Source of the DNA: Camelus dromedarius
Lineage: Eukaryota
Length of the DNA stretch: 64,000 bases
Reading direction: 5' to 3'
Assembly: GCF_036321535.1 (NCBI RefSeq)
Contig: NC_087445.1
Coordinates: 62,870,001-62,934,000, forward strand
The notes beneath the pieces are model-generated. The model did no database searches. It had not been told where the DNA came from and saw only the letters and a program-made list of their open reading frames with translations. Shown piece after piece: positions 61,681-64,000 of the stretch. How positions within the stretch are numbered: the stretch's first letter is position 1; each line of letters starts with the position of its first letter. Position numbers and translations under genes: made by a program.

Positions 61681-64000
61681 TGTGCTTTTAGAAGGACCAG
61701 AAGCAGGTGAGGGAATTTGTGACACGGTTCTTCAGGCTTTGCAGTTTACTAAGCAGCATATCTTGCTCGTTGGGTGCAGGGCTGATTTGATGACAAGCCA
61801 AAGAACTATTACCTTGCTTTCACAGAAGCAAAATCTGCTAAGCCAAGCTACTCAAAAAAAAAAATTTTTTTTTTGGTAGTGTTACTTTTTTGGCTTCTGT
61901 TGTGATAGCTGCCAAGGGATAGGAAAGGAGCTAATTAAAAGGATGTCGAACTAGTTTGTCTTGTGCTTTTCACCTGGAGAAAGCCCCATGTTCTGATTAT
62001 GAAATTGCATCCGATTTTCAAAGATTATATAATTGAGAGAAAATTGATCCAATTAAAAGTGCATCACAAGTGACTCCACTGGTTATTAGAGCCACTTTAT
62101 CTGTGGTAGCACTTGGCAGCAGGAGATCTATCTTTGCTGTCAGTGGGGGACTTGCAGAGGCAGTAATGCTGGCTGAGGTCTCTGGCACCAGGTTTGCAGC
62201 AGAGAAATGGATATAATATTGTGGGCTGGCTTGACATAAACAGTGCCAGGCGTCTTCTAGCTGCCTGTGCTTTTGGAAGGAAGTGCTGTCACCGTTGGCA
62301 TTCGGCATTTAGGTCTACCTCATCTCTGAATGGTGCTTGTGCCTTGGCCCTCATGCTGGCTCAAAATGAAGATAAGTGTGGTCTGAATGTTTTTGTTTCT
62401 TTGATGTAAATATTTTAGGCTGTGCTTAGTACAGGCAATTTTTCAATTATTTACCATGTTGACTAAATTGCAGAGTATAGCCCCCAAGAAGCACATTTGC
62501 TCACTTACAGCAGTGTTTTTGTGTTTTTTGGTGGTGGTGGTTTTATCTTTATGAGCAGCAATACCCTTATTCAAACAGTCTTACATGCAAATCTATCTGT
62601 ACAGTAGATCAAAGAGCAGCTGCTGTGGCTGAAGCAGGCTGTGGGCCTGGTGAACAGGCTTTATCCCCTCGCCTTACCTCCTGTGTATGGTTGCAAAATT
62701 CTCGTGAATCCACAGAACACTTTCTGAAAACCACTAAACTTCAGCATTGCTTATCTTCCAGTTCCAACTTATTAGCCTTGTGGTCATGGGCAAGTCAAAG
62801 TCATTTAACCCTTCCTCTTCTGGAAAATGATGAAAATGATCCCTGCCTCCAGAATTGGACATGAGGTGTGAGATAACAGACATTAAAATACCTGCTACAG
62901 TTCTTGGCATACTCAGGAAGTGATAGCTGTTACCTTCTTTGATTGAGTTGTTCAAAAGAGTGGGGTTAGGTTGTCCAACCATTCCAAGTATTACCTTCCC
63001 TGTTTCCTATTTTACAGATTCCTGTTTGCCAACCCAAATCTTTCTAGGCATTCCTGCCCCTAGCCACAAGTCTCTAAATAAATCTGGCCACCTGATCCTT
63101 TTTACCATCACTGTACCTGTTTTATGTTTCTATTATTGTATAAATTACTGTGTTGCAATCATTTGCCCATATACTGGAGCTTTATTGATGGTTAACATTA
63201 ATCTCTACCTGTGAGCACATAGCAAGGTGCCTGTATTGAGCCCTCAGTTACTTAATTGGCTGTTATTTACATTACTTAATGGCGATGGTAGGCCCTCCAG
63301 TAACCTGAATCTTCCCAACACAACACCATTACATTAGCTAAAAAGTATTTTCAGACAAGGTCTTTTATAAGGTATATAAAAAATTAAAGGCAGACCACTG
63401 ACATAAGTTGGTTAAGTCCCTCCTGTCCTTTATCATTATGAGTAATTATATAGAACTGAAGATTTTGGAGCAATGATTCATTCAATATTTATTGAGTACC
63501 TGCCATGGGCCAGGCCCTTTGCCAGGTGTTCAGAAAAGAAAAAAATAATGATATATGATACGAATTTCTACTTTTTCATAAGTTGTTTCACAGCCTTTCC
63601 TGTCTGAAGTATTTGAAATCTTGGGTTCCATTGCCCTGGATTTCCTCAAAGGCCAGGAATAGGCACCGTCTGACTGACTGGGAGGGTCAGTCCCAGTGTA
63701 CACTCCAGCCTGAGATAGTCCACAGAGAGGTACTCCATTATTCCAGTTGGCAGGAAAAACTTGGCTTGAGTCTCAGAGTGTTCCTATGGGTGAGGCAAGT
63801 AAAGCTTGAATAGTTGTACTTTTAATCTAGTGCTAATTAACGGCCTCTTAAAAGTGAAGTGTTACCCAGCTCTGTAGGAAGGAAATGGAAGGCAGAGCCT
63901 AGTGTGAAACTCAGCGCTCTACTTGTACCTGACCAGGCTGCTGATTTGCACTCAGGACGGGCAGCTCCTCAAGGAATCACAAAACAAATTACAGCTATGG

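Overview
Mammalian genomic DNA, very probably camelid (two tRNA-derived SINE copies resemble the camelid Vic-type element). The window is the ASTN2/TRIM32 nested-gene locus. Three ASTN2 coding exons lie on the minus strand (30253-29988, 4506-4373, 2831-2683), and their splice phases join in frame. The whole TRIM32 gene lies on the plus strand inside the large upstream ASTN2 intron: CpG-island promoter and non-coding exon 1 near 50.2-50.3 kb, and a single-exon 653-aa CDS at 58388-60349. Most of the remainder is interspersed repeat (L1, L2, MIR, MLT1, ERV1-type solo LTRs, hAT MERs, SINEs). I found no convincing new multi-gene system. The best leads are regulatory or evolutionary: an apparently decayed alternative ASTN2 first coding exon next to the TRIM32 promoter, an 11-codon uORF and a NAGNAG acceptor in the TRIM32 5'UTR, a degenerate ~53-bp tandem repeat in TRIM32 intron 1, a CpG-retaining non-repeat block at 5.9-6.6 kb, and competing splice sites at ASTN2 exons. 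Repeat family names and comparisons with human are from memory and were not checked by search.
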